Assembly (NCBI GenBank): GCA_051294905.1
Contig: CM119372.1
Coordinates: 35,900,001-35,964,000 of the forward strand
Reading direction: 5' to 3'
DNA length: 64,000 nt
DNA from: Botryllus schlosseri
Taxonomy: Eukaryota
The translations under genes and the position numbers were made by a program. The notes below the pieces were generated by a model. That model had not been told where the DNA came from. It made no database searches and saw only the letters and a program-made list of their open reading frames with translations. How positions within the stretch are numbered: position 1 is the first letter of the stretch; each line of letters opens with the position of its first letter. Below are positions 13,628-25,591 of the stretch, piece by piece.

Positions 13628-14013
13628 TAGGGTTACCATATGTCCTCTTTGAAAGAGGATTTGTCCTTTTTTAAAGTGTCCTAGCAGGACGCCCAAATGT
13701 CATTGTCCACGTTTTGAAAATTTTGCGTAGATGTATGTTAAATTTAACTGCGATAAAGCAAGCTCAAGTACCGGTTAGGTGGGTCTTACAGGAGTTGTGC
13801 CAGAAAAACGACCTTTTGTTTTAGTCATCTAAATGAATATTCATAGAAAGTGTGTAATTTGGAAGTTGAGTCGGAAAGATGACCTTCTTACAGTCAACAA
13901 ACTACAAACTCGCAAAATGTTTACCAGTTTTACCGGATGTTACTGCTGTATTGTAAGGCCGGAAATTTTTATTAAGTGTCCTCTTTTCAGATTCCCAAAA
14001 TATGGTAACCCTA
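13628..14013. mobile_element. hAT-Blackjack-type MITE
   Basis: TIR TAGGGTTACCATA / TATGGTAACCCTA, perfect TSD CAGTATCG; related left end near 9657. Confidence 0.9.
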
Positions 14014-15299
14014 CAGTATCGTAAATTGGCTCACGGAAAGTGTTTGAAGATTTTACTTGTGATGGTGCTAACACCGGCTACGCAGTTTCTTCATTTTTTA
14101 TGTATCAATATCCTGCCATTAGCTTGCTGCCAAGTGTTTCTTCAAGTATCCCTGCTTCTCCATTACTAATGTCCTGTCTGTCTAGACACATCTAGGTAAA
14201 ATCCAACAATAATTGCTAGTCAAATTTATCGTAGCTCTGCTGTCTAAGGGGGTAAAGCGTTGCTGCAAAAGCAGAACTAGCAATATCCAAGGCATGTTAA
14301 ATTTACTTGGTACTTAAAACTAGTAGTTAAAAAAAATGAAGGCATTGAAAGTAATTGAGCTGGTAGTTCGAAAACTTCGATTCAGACCAGGTGTCGCATT
14401 CTTTTAGCAGTTGTTAAGTGGTAGCCACTTTTGAAATTGTTGCTTTCGTGTTAGTGACTAATATGATGCTACGTCGATTTTCCGATAATATATAAATTCA
14501 GTTGCTGACATTATTGTTATACTGATTAAATTGTGACAAGTCATTGTGAGAACGACAACCATATTTCACAAAACTAATTTTAACATACAAAATCCGAAAT
14601 GAAAAAGTCAGTATAGTTTTCCTAATAGTACGTGAAGTAGAAGTGGTATATAACATCACCCCTAGAGTAAGTAGTGCAAGTAGCCAAACCTGAGTACTAA
14701 AATCAACGGTACTTAGTTTAACACCTCTGGTTAATATGAAAGTGTGTCTGATATTTGAATTATTGACGTCGTAGTATATTGCTATGTTGGTTATACCTTG
14801 ATATGTTAGTCCTGTGATTTTTGTTTGATTGCATGTATTCTGTAATATTATTTATACCTCTGAGCTCAGTACCTCAATGATACAAAATTGCAATATTGGT
14901 GTTGGAATATTTTGCACAATGCTTGCCTTCCACTCTTTGCACCATTTATGACTGTGCGCCATTTATGACTGTGTGTAGAACTGGGCCTAACGACTTGTTA
15001 TCTTTTATTGGCAATAAACTCATTGTTCCTGAAGTATTGTGACTCGGTATTATTGCATTAAGAGCTAGTTTGAAAGGCAGCATTTAGCAACTTGGTCAGG
15101 ACCAACGTGGTTAAAGTTGTCGTTTCAATTATGCCATCAGAAACGTCAGCTCATCGCTACCTATTGTTCACAGAATGTCGCAATGGTAACGTGGGCGCCA
15201 AACGTTCAACGTTCCATAGTTAACGTAATCGTAACGTGACAGGCGCGTGATCTTGTTTGCGGGGAACGCTTTTGAAACCTGCCTTTCGTTTGTATCGTA

Positions 15300-15720
15300 G
15301 ATTTCGCACTGTCGGTGAACTTACCACTTGACATTTTACAGCTTGTAGCCTACTTAATAGGCTTACCGTTGTAGATGGCCAATTGTCTGCTTATTGTGCA
15401 TTAATAAACATTCAAATGAAACAAATAGGTTGACATGGTGGTATGCTAAACGTTCCGCAATATCCCAACTGAAGTAAGATTGCATGGGCATTGCATGGTT
15501 CTTATATCACGAAGCGCATGATGAAAAATTGTAATGTAGACACCATTGCCAGTATGAAGCACCACGGTATGTCACCAGCAGTGTACGCATAACTTCAGTG
15601 TTGGCAGCCAACAACTGCTGCTGTTAAACGTTCTTTCTTCATTCTTGGCAAGCTACTTAGTAAGGACAGAAACTTTTTTACCCCAGAATGTAGAAAAGTA
15701 TCTTTCGTTGTAATATAAAT
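15300..15720 (+). mobile_element. Decayed hAT-like transposase C-terminus (inverted homolog at ~27480-27900)
   Basis: QPTTAAVKRSFFILGKLLSKDRNF-like remnant; clear nucleotide identity to the reverse complement of 27480-27900. Confidence 0.55.
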
Positions 15721-16291
15721 TGTTTAAATTATTTCTACCATAATACGTGATGTAACAACTGGAGTTCTTTACAGGGGCGGATTCCGTTGAAATAAAGTTT
15801 TTTCAAGAAAAAATTTACCAGTTTTTGTGGCAAAAAAAAATTTCAGGCCACTTTGCAAGACCGATTCGACTTGACTGGACTCAATGTTGAAAAACATTGA
15901 TTGACTCTCAAATCGAAGCGAAGTGGATTCGATTTCGTCTTTTGAGTGCATTGTTTTCGACGCGCAATGTGCCCTGACCAATCAGTCATTCATTTTGCGA
16001 CTCTGACTCCATCGTAATGTCTCGAATAAATTGATTGTTACAGATAGAGCTTACGTTGGCTGTTAGTAATCTGTATATGTTCTATAAAATCATCTATAGC
16101 ACCATATATCTTATCTATCGACTGCTTAGTGCTTCAAAAGATTGACTTGAATTGACTCGAGTCAAAATTGTTCATTCTTAGAACACCGGGAGGAGCACCA
16201 GTAAAGTCGTAAATTTATAGTAACCTGCAAAGAATAGTAACAATCAAGAAGTATTATAGTCGAAAGAAGTTTTGTCTGCAATCCTGTAAAC

Positions 16292-16605
16292 CAGTGGTTC
16301 TCAACCTTTTTTTGACGCGCCGCCCTTTATGATAGTGAAAAATTTCGCGCCCCCCTTATCGTCATATCAGAAAATCCAACTGGGATGCTAGCAACCCCAA
16401 CAGATTGTTTGGTGGTACGGTCGGTTATGAATGTTGATGAGAGAATAAAAAATATGAAATTGGATCTATAGAGAGAAACACGTCCGCATTGGAGGCAAAT
16501 CGCGCTGAGCGCGAAAAATGTTTTCAGATGACCGCTTCTTCGCGCCCCCTTCAGATGTTTCACGCCCCCCCCAAGGGGAGCGCGCCCCCAGGTTGAGAAC
16601 CCCTG
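16292..16605. mobile_element. hAT-Charlie MITE
   Basis: TIR CAGTGGTTCTCAACC / GGTTGAGAACCCCTG, TSD CTGTAAAC. Confidence 0.9.
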
Positions 16606-17484
16606 CTGTAAACTGTTAGGCAGATGTTAAAGTAGTCTGCAGTTGTATCTACTTGAGTATCTATTATTGCAACAGGCAAATTGAAATTGATTCATTCGAT
16701 AAAGTAGGTATACTTTGTTACTGATCGTGGCGAAATCAGTAGCCTATACGCTGAAACAAATTTTATAGGCGTTCTTCTGCATAGGGTATGGGCGATCTGT
16801 TGAGGTAGTAAACCGATTTGAATAATATTCCGAACAATGTTGATGATGTCGAGAACAGTGAACTCATCATCAACGGCTTTATCCAGAAAAATGAAGACCA
16901 GTTGATTTTTCCCATGATCACCCGTTTTGAGAAACAATATTAGGTTTTCGTCGATCAAAAAATGGTCATTACTAGGGATATGATGCGAGCATGATGTTAT
17001 GATAAAACGAATTGCGCTATTAGGAACGGTGCTGATTCGTATATCGCTGTACACTGACTAAGTCACTCAACCAATTATAAATCGACAAAACTTCTGCAAT
17101 ATCAAATCATAATATAAAATTGCCTCTGGAGTCACAGCGTCGGTAAATTTCTTTCCACGATTCCGCTATATATATCTCGTCTACTGCACGTAAATTCTGA
17201 CTGTGCTGTATTTTAAAAGCTCATTTGTATATTGTGCCGATTACTACTCGTGTTATTTGCGTATACACAAGTTTACTGTGATTAAAAAGGATCATAAAAT
17301 CAATGACGAGAATGCAATTATATTTTTTGGAAAAGTAACATTATTACCGCTTGAAATGGAATGAAACTGATGCCAAAGGTTGTATTGAAGAGCTGAAAGG
17401 TATCTACAAAATAGTTTCCTGGTTTGTCCCCCGAATCTACCGGCTCCCGGGGAACTATTGATCTTCTTACAGCCAACATACTGG

Positions 17485-18474
17485 TCACGATAAACCTCTG
17501 GTTTGAGTGGTAGGTATCCCAACCTGCGGAGACGTAATCGTATTTGCAGCTTTAGTAGCGACTATTTGCGGTTTTGCAGTACGTTCATGATGGAATGCCT
17601 TTGGGTGTTGAATACGCCTCCATAAGGAAACCGCGGGCGCGAGCCTGGATCTCCGACCGACCAATATTAGATTTACACAGATCAGGTTGATGATTATGTC
17701 CAAATGAAGAAAAGTGAAGCGAAAGTTCCGAATGCTAGATCCGATCGCAAATGTGATTGCGGTCGCCGTATCGGATACTATGCATACCACCGTCAGAATA
17801 GTGACTCTTTTCATCAGTCGAACATATTTACGGTGATTCTGTAGGCTCGATTTCCGATTATAATGTATTACTTTAACTAATGGATAGATGAATAGCATAA
17901 GCAACGGAAACTGAACGGCCCAAGGAAGTACCAATAGCGCACACGTTGTTGAAAAATACTGCAACGGTTGCAAACGGACGATCCAGCCTATTCCTAACAA
18001 GCCTATGATTCCCATATAAATAGGAAAATATTTACTGATGAATTTTGATATGTCATTACTCAGATGAGCCATGGCTGAAATCCGGTAAATAGTTCTCTGT
18101 CTCATCCATATGACAAGATACACCGTCGTGAACACAAATCCCCCGACAATGGTTAAACCATTCTGTAATTTGTCTTCAGTGTTCAGGGCAAGTCCACAGT
18201 AGTCCGTGTCAGTGGCGTTCGTCGATACGTTTGATATGCAGCGGTCGGATAAGCAATTCTTGATACGCACAGAAACAACCATTTCAATCACGAGTGAAAC
18301 AAGCAGTAAGGAACAGCTGACCGACAAAAAAATGCTTTGAATAAAATCTTTCGAAGTCTTACAGCCCTTCAGGAGATGCTCCCCAATGAAGTAAGTCCAT
18401 TGAGAACAGCATAGGTAGACAGCGCCGCAGCAAAATACTGATCCACAAGCGATGACTGTGTCGATGTACTCCAT
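17485..18474 (-). CDS. Intronless orphan 7-transmembrane (GPCR-like) protein, 329 aa from first ATG
   Basis: Long intact ORF with seven hydrophobic segments, Cys before TM3, WMRQR after TM3, QFPLLMLFIYPL in TM5, CIVSD in TM6. Confidence 0.8.
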   Translation of the reverse strand: MEYIDTVIACGSVFCCGAVYLCCSQWTYFIGEHLLKGCKTSKDFIQSIFLSVSCSLLLVSLVIEMVVSVRIKNCLSDRCISNVSTNATDTDYCGLALNTEDKLQNGLTIVGGFVFTTVYLVIWMRQRTIYRISAMAHLSNDISKFISKYFPIYMGIIGLLGIGWIVRLQPLQYFSTTCALLVLPWAVQFPLLMLFIYPLVKVIHYNRKSSLQNHRKYVRLMKRVTILTVVCIVSDTATAITFAIGSSIRNFRFTFLHLDIIINLICVNLILVGRRSRLAPAVSLWRRIQHPKAFHHERTAKPQIVATKAANTITSPQVGIPTTQTRGLS

Positions 18475-19033
18475 TCCACTTATACAGCTACAGCGAATTA
18501 ATATACTGAATTCTGTACTGAATGGCAATGAACATATAGCTCGAATGTAATATGTAAATACTAAATCTGTAAAATGGTTAGGCTAAGAAGGAATCGGAAA
18601 TAGGTAAATGTATGCGTAGGTCTAACTATGCTTTTTGAGTCTTATTTGTAGGGGAGCTGATATTAGAAATTACCGCCATCTTAGTAAAATCCCAGCGTGC
18701 CTTGCAAAGTTCTTCGTATCGTGTTTCGTAAATCAGTACATTTCTTAGAGATCCGTCCATATACGATTCACATCTACAAATCAACATCATGTAGTTTGCA
18801 AATGATAACTTTTTCTCAATATCCAGCATATAATTGTGTACCAGGCAAGTAGACGTTAAAGCACTATTATAAGAGCTGATGCAAATTCTCCTAAATTGTG
18901 AGTTAAGTCACAGATATCCGGGATTGGAGCAATAATAACTTGACTTAGATTAACTTAAATTTCTTGACAATCAGTACTTGTGCAGCGGTACCTTACCAAA
19001 CTATGATGCAGCCGGCATTCGAAATAGTTTGGT

Positions 19034-21013
19034 CAGGGCTGTGGAGTCGGTAAATTTTACCACCGACTCCGGCTCCGACTCCACACGTTTTCAATATACC
19101 GACTCCTGAATCTTTAAACGTACCGACTCCTACTCCGACTCCGGCTCCACACATTTTCATTTTACCGATTCCGACTCCAACAGTATTGCCAATTTACTTC
19201 GAAAATTATGTGCCATACAGTGACGGTTAGATATCTATGATATAGCCATTAAACATATGCAAACATATGATTAACGGTGGTGTGAAAACTTGCTACATTG
19301 TGGCATAGCTCGAATTATTCACTATGCAATTAACATGAAATAATGCCTTTCTAAATTGAAATGCAGCTCTTGTATCTGAGTCAGCAACTAACACAGAGAT
19401 TCAACTTACCATTTTTCTCATTACACACCACTAGACTGATTACAAGAACACACTCTTACTACTGATAGACATTAGTCATTATTGCAATTTGGGGAGTAGT
19501 CAAATAGCATTGCCTATTTCTAGTCTTCATGTACCTAGTCAAGTATTCAAGGACTAAGACTTGCAGTCTGTCATTTGTCAGTCGGTCCCTCATTTGTTCG
19601 ATCCAAGCAGCTAAGCTACACTACAAATATTTTCGATTTTCGATTTTGAATTATATAATAGGTTTCGATGGGAAACATCCTTTGGTTATATTTACATCGA
19701 TTTTAGGAAACCAGACGATGCCTTTGCTCTGTCACAGGATCACGGTATAATTCCAAAGATTGCATCAATTTGTGACTGCATCGCGAATAAGCATATAGCG
19801 ATTTTTTTCCTCTATGCAACTGAATTGTAATTTGCAAACAATGTCAAATTTTATGTAATATCAGAGGTGGCCAACCTTTTCGGCCAAAGGGACACATGAG
19901 ATTTACGAACCATTACGCTGGCAACTGGAATGTTGATCACGTTTTTATTATTCGTCCGATAGGATTGCATCAAATTAGATATTTGAAGAGCTTCTTGGAG
20001 GTACAGAACTTCAATATACAATTAAATAGTATATTCATATTGAAATGAACCAAACAAGACCTATATTACTACGCTTTGAAATTGATAACAATTATGTCAT
20101 TCAACTGTGCAGTGTGCAGTCATGACCCGGTCACGCGAAGCGCGAATTTTTTTCAAAAGTTTTGAATGAATTCTATCAATAAATATGTTACCTACATATG
20201 TTGTAGGTCGCATCTGTACACCACTGGACTCATTTGAAAAGGACAGCATTATTAGGCGTTTAGACATAGCAATATCGACGGTTTCGGTGAACATGCCTCC
20301 GCCATTTTGCGCAAATGTTTGCCCGCCGACGATCTCGCTGCGTGCGCACAAGCGAAGACGCATATTGGACGACACGTTATCTCCTAATTGCGAATATAGT
20401 TAGACTCAATTCTGTGGATAATGCGTATTTATAATTTCAGGGGGCTCCAATATTGAATGCAAGAAATCTAGTGACAATAAATCACGCGAAGTGCTGAGAA
20501 AAATTTGAAGTCAACTAAATCTGCTACGAAATATTCTGCTTTATCGTCATACGAAGATCTGCGATCAATGTGGCTGGCCCCTGGTTACGCCTATGCGTCA
20601 GAACTGATGTTTTTGTCATCATCCAATTTTGCGGTCAGGCTAATCAAATTTTGGTCGGCCCTGCAAGTTTACCTGATGTTATAAATAATTTCGAGAATTA
20701 CACACAAAACCTTCTCGTGGGTCACATTTGGTCTGCGGGCCACGGGCTGGCCGCACCTGATCTGTATCGTTGTTAATAACAGTAATTGATGGTACACAAA
20801 AATCCTATTGAAAATCTTTTGGAAGCAATTGTTTTCATGATAAAGAAGTTGGAGTCGGAGTCGGAGTCAAGGTAATTTTGACAAACTCCGACTCCGACTC
20901 CAGTCAGTATTTTTTCCACGACTCCGACTCCGACTCCAGCTATTATAGTTTTCACGACTCCGACTCCATCAAGCGAAAATTAGTCAAACCCCGACTCCGA
21001 CTCCACAGCCCTG
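19034..21013. mobile_element. MITE with (GACTCC)n subterminal repeats (partial copy at ~42359-42510)
   Basis: TIR CAGGGCTGTGGAGTCGG / CCGACTCCACAGCCCTG; imperfect TSD. Confidence 0.85.
19862..20759. mobile_element. Old hAT-Charlie MITE nested in the previous element
   Basis: CAGAGGTGGCCAACC ... GGCTGGCCGCACCTG; interior resembles the reverse complement of ~29870-30140. Confidence 0.6.
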
Positions 21014-21102
21014 GTTTGGGCTACATTCTCTCGAGTGGGGCTTTTGGCTCAATATCGGCCGAACGGGTCCGTGAGGCGAGAAAAGGTTGGTACCCACTAC
21101 TC

Positions 21103-23730
21103 CAGTGGTTCTCAACCGGGGGTCCGCGAAGCATTTTCAGGGGGACCGCGAGACCTCTAAATTTGCAAAATGATTGTAAACGAATTTGTAACTTTTTTAA
21201 ATTAGGGAAATCACGAAGCAGTTTCGCTTCAAACTGCTAATGCTTCAGTAAGCACATCAATAGAATGGCCGTATGAGATTAAATATGCTACTGTGTAAAC
21301 CAGTGGTTCCCAACCTTTTTGTCTTCATTCCCCACTTCAGATTTATTCCGAGCCTTCATTCCCCACCAGGACCGTAACAGCACTTCGTCAGCCCCGCCAA
21401 AAAAACGTTGGTCTTGGGCCCCCAGAACACCCTCAGCCCCGCTGAGCCTGTACGCATTTTCCCTGCAACTTATCAGCTACATTGGGACTACTGTTTGTGC
21501 GTCGCCTTACTTCGACTAAACGCGCGAAGCGCGAAAAATTTATATAATTCGTGTTTGAATCGATCAATATGATCGGGAATTGCTTATATTTTGCTATCAA
21601 TTTTTTATCCCCTCTCTGCTCACGTAAACCAGTTTACCGGTAGAGCTGAGTGAGGTGTGTTAGAAAAGGTAGCACCCCTAAATAAGAATTGAACATGTTC
21701 GGGAGGACCCGTTGGTATATTGACTTCGTTACATTATGCTATTTCGTGACCTTCTATATCTGCTATGTCAAAAGATACGGAAATCGCCCAAACTTAAAGG
21801 CACACACGATATCAAATTGGTATTGCTTTACTGGCAAATAATTTTTCCCTGCGGAATGGCATTAGTCCTGTGGGGTTCAGATTGCCAGGACAGAAACATT
21901 CGGCGCCAGCCATTGAGCCAATTAAACATCGAAGTTTTGGGTCACCACAAGGGCATTCCTTCTCGACCAAGGTCTTCTCGCTGCTGATCGTTCTGAGACA
22001 CTTCTCGGAGATGCATGTTACATAGCCTATAACTTCATATGCCTTGGTGCGTCGTGGCGCAGTAATGGCCGACGCAGAAGTCATTATTTCAATAAATTCC
22101 ACGTATTTTCGTGGGTAAAGGTAACCAATAATCAGATATTCAGCAATAATAAGTCGCGCAGCCAGCGCGAAATTTTTTTGAAAAAGTGGCATAAATTTTT
22201 AAAAAATACTTCAATTTATGTTAATTCACGAAATACTTTTGGGCTCCTTCAAGCTCGCCCACCCCTAATTGGGGGGTTTGGGGTGCGGCAGTTACGGTCC
22301 TGTTCCACACTACCCAGCACTTTTGTCATCACAGTGCAGCTATTTGCTGGTTTGACTACACAAGACAACGACACCAGTATACGCAAGACAATCGCCTATA
22401 ACTGCAACATAAAACGTATTGTGAACTGATACCAGTAACGCTCAAAATTTCTCGAAAGCGTTATTTCACGTCAAACTAGACGTGCTGGATCGTTTGTGAC
22501 GCCATAATTAGCCATCCAGAGTTAAAATGAGGGTTTGTGAACAACACGCAATATAATTTTCGATACATACATTCCAGAGCAGTTGACTGGTAACGCTAAT
22601 TGCGCATTTGTCTCCGTGAATATGTAGACTGTCCTGTATATAATTTTTAACAAATGCGTCTATTCCCCACCAGAAACCATTGAATTCCCCACCAGTGGGG
22701 AATTCCCCACTATTTGGGAACCACTGGTGTAAACCAAGGTTGTCAAACTCAAATTACGTCGCAGGCCGGATTCAAAAATTCTAAATGCTCGCGGGCCGCA
22801 CGCTTTGCTTTACACTTGAACACCTTGTTACCAAGCATATATAGATAATAGCATATTACAATTGTATCTCGGATCATAAGGGCTCTATTCTAGCAAGTAG
22901 CAACACCATTATTGGCGAGCAATGGAATTTGCGATGATGATTTGTTGGTTGAATCATAGAGATTGTAGTTGAATACACATATGAAACGCTGCTAAAACAG
23001 TGGCGGTAACGACGATACAAGTTTACTTATTTCTATGATCCATTTGCCTAAGTCGTAATCTGGCGTTAGCCGTGTGTATGCGTTGTGAAGAATACAAAAT
23101 ATTAAACTGTAAACGCGGACTTTTGAATTTGTTGTATTCTTATTAAATCACGATTCAGGTTCCTTTAGATTCCGGGTACCTTTTTAGTCAGAAATGATAC
23201 AGCACCGCGACCATGCACTAATATTTGAATTACATTTTTTGTGTATATAATATAATATTATCCATGTTAACTTCATATAACAGTCCGGCATCGTCTTTTA
23301 GGCACATTATTCCATAAAACTCCACTCAGTGTGCACTTATCGCTCAAAGGTGTCGTCGGAAGCGTCAGGCGTCAATATTACATTCGCCGCCAGCTACCTT
23401 TGTGGAAATGGATTTTCGGCACCTGTACATATCAAATCGAACGCGTGAATTTTCAAGACACGACCACATATTTCAAGAAACAAGAAATACAGCTGCAGAA
23501 GTCCCTTCGAAATAATAAAAGTCTATCCATATTTCTACATATGGTATGATATTGTTTTCAAGAACTGTCATTTTGTTGCTGTTTATCACTATCCTATAAT
23601 TGATATTCGCACCAGATAGATGACGGTTGCACGACAATTCAGCTAAATTTGAACTGAAACTTGAGGGGGTCCGCGGGATCCGTCACGGTACAAAAGGGGT
23701 CCGCGAAGACAAAAAGGTTGAAAACCACTG
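21103..23730. mobile_element. hAT-Charlie MITE containing nested MITEs
   Basis: TIR CAGTGGTTCTCAACC / GGTTGAAAACCACTG, perfect TSD CACTACTC. Confidence 0.9.
21301..22726 (+). mobile_element. hAT-Charlie non-autonomous element (ATTCCCC subterminal repeats)
   Basis: TIR CAGTGGTTCCCAA, perfect TSD GTGTAAAC. Confidence 0.9.
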
Positions 23731-25329
23731 CACTACTCTACATTCAATAAAATATACTTTGGCGTCTTCCCGGTGATTTTATCGCGTGGAAATATTTCTC
23801 GGGAGCAATAATCATCCTCGAAAATTGTCTGCCATGTACTCGCCTAAACCACTGTACAAGGTTGATGTTTTAAACATGGTTTTGTAAAGATATTTTTAGT
23901 TTAAATTCATTGTAGAATGTAGCATCGTAATATTGCGTGTCATTATATTTAAATATTTGAGATCATTTTTTCGGACTATTGTTTTCTCGCTGGCGTTTGA
24001 CCTCTAAAATGTAGGCCTACGCATATATCAACATAACAGTGTGAGATTACGCATATACCGGTGACCAATCCGACGTAGGTTATATTTTGATTCATGGTCC
24101 CCGTTCTCACCAAGGTTTTCATTCCTCTTAACAACTAAGAATTATGCACAACTTCTAATCTAATTACAGAGAAGAAGAACGGTTTAAACCCGATAGGTTA
24201 ATTTTTTTTACACGAGTATATTCTGCAAACTTACTCTAGCTCAACTGGTTGGCTATGCTGTCTATTGTCATTACATTGCTGTAACCTGATATAGAAAATT
24301 CATACAGTGTTGTGCGACATGCATGGGTATTCATATAAAGTATCTTTGAAATTCTTACAGCCGATGAATTTCCTGGATCGCAAAGCTCCATCAATAAAAA
24401 CAGCCCTTACCATAAAATAAATTCTACGTTCGACGCTGCTAGGTTACCAATAACCTATGCATATTAAATCCGCCGCATTAACGCTGGATTTCTCGAGACC
24501 GGAAGTATACACATTACAACGAATCCGCAAGGAGACAGCAATTACTTCCGTGGCACTATGACGTCATTACATACAATCGATTACAGTGGGAGACGACGTT
24601 CCTGGCCGTACAAATATTTAATGTTTCTATGATTACAGTAGTGAGGCAGCTAAAATATGGTTTTACTCAATCTAAATAAATCAACGGTGACGCCACAGGC
24701 ACACGGAGCATATAGGAGTAGTACATGGTCAAGTTGCTGGTTACAGCCCCGTTTTTCAACTAAAATGTGGGAGATTGAAGGAAATTTAGGAACATCAAAA
24801 TGGATCCGAATGGTGTTGCGCTATATAAGAGCAGCAGTGATTTGACCAACTTTGTCTACAATCCTGCGATAGAAGGAAGTGTGACCTACCAATGACACAG
24901 AGGAAAGTCATCAGCTTCATTACGAGGATTCTGACTAGCAGCGTGTTCCTTCATATTAAATGGTGGTGCTCATTGATTAGTATGTCATTACCTTTTGGAT
25001 GGATGAAACCCGCGTTTTGCAATGTATAATATTTCCATGGTTGGGCACAGTGATTCGCGTAGCCGAATTTGGATCGAGTATAAATTCAAATGATTCGAGT
25101 GGAGTAGTGGGAGATGATTCTTCGAGTAGGCCTACTGAAATTATACGCCCCTTACCCGTAATGTAGGTATTTTCTCAACAAAAATCTTTGTTTTAATGTT
25201 ATTTTCTGCCGTAGGAGTATTGAAACCTCGTTTAATCGTATCACAGCACACATAACACTTAGTAGAAAGTTTCACCCGGTTGTGAGAATGACACTTCTGT
25301 TCAGCCATGGTCGGTCCACGGCATTGAGT

Positions 25330-25591
25330 GGCAAGATTAGTGTAGTCGTATAATCCACAGCTGCAGCACCCATTGTATGCGGGTTAGAGTCCGACCGGGC
25401 TCGACTCCCGAAATTCCTACCCAAGTGTTGGAAGTTCATCTAGACCCCCCCCCCCCCCGCCATCTCATCGACGTCAGAGGTGTCCCAAAAGTAGACCGTG
25501 CTACAGGTTAGCAGCTACGTAATCAATATAGCGATAATCGGTCTAGTGTAAGTAACCATTGTAGTTGACAAACACCATGAATAAAAAAAAC
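25330..25591 (+). mobile_element. tRNA-derived SINE copy
   Basis: Degenerate A/B boxes, shared body aattcctacccaagtgttgg...gccatctcatc, tail gacaaacaccatgaata. Confidence 0.75.

Noticed and set aside
16692..17054. 120-aa ORF next to the 7-TM gene
   Set aside because: No recognisable motif or convincing splice context on either strand
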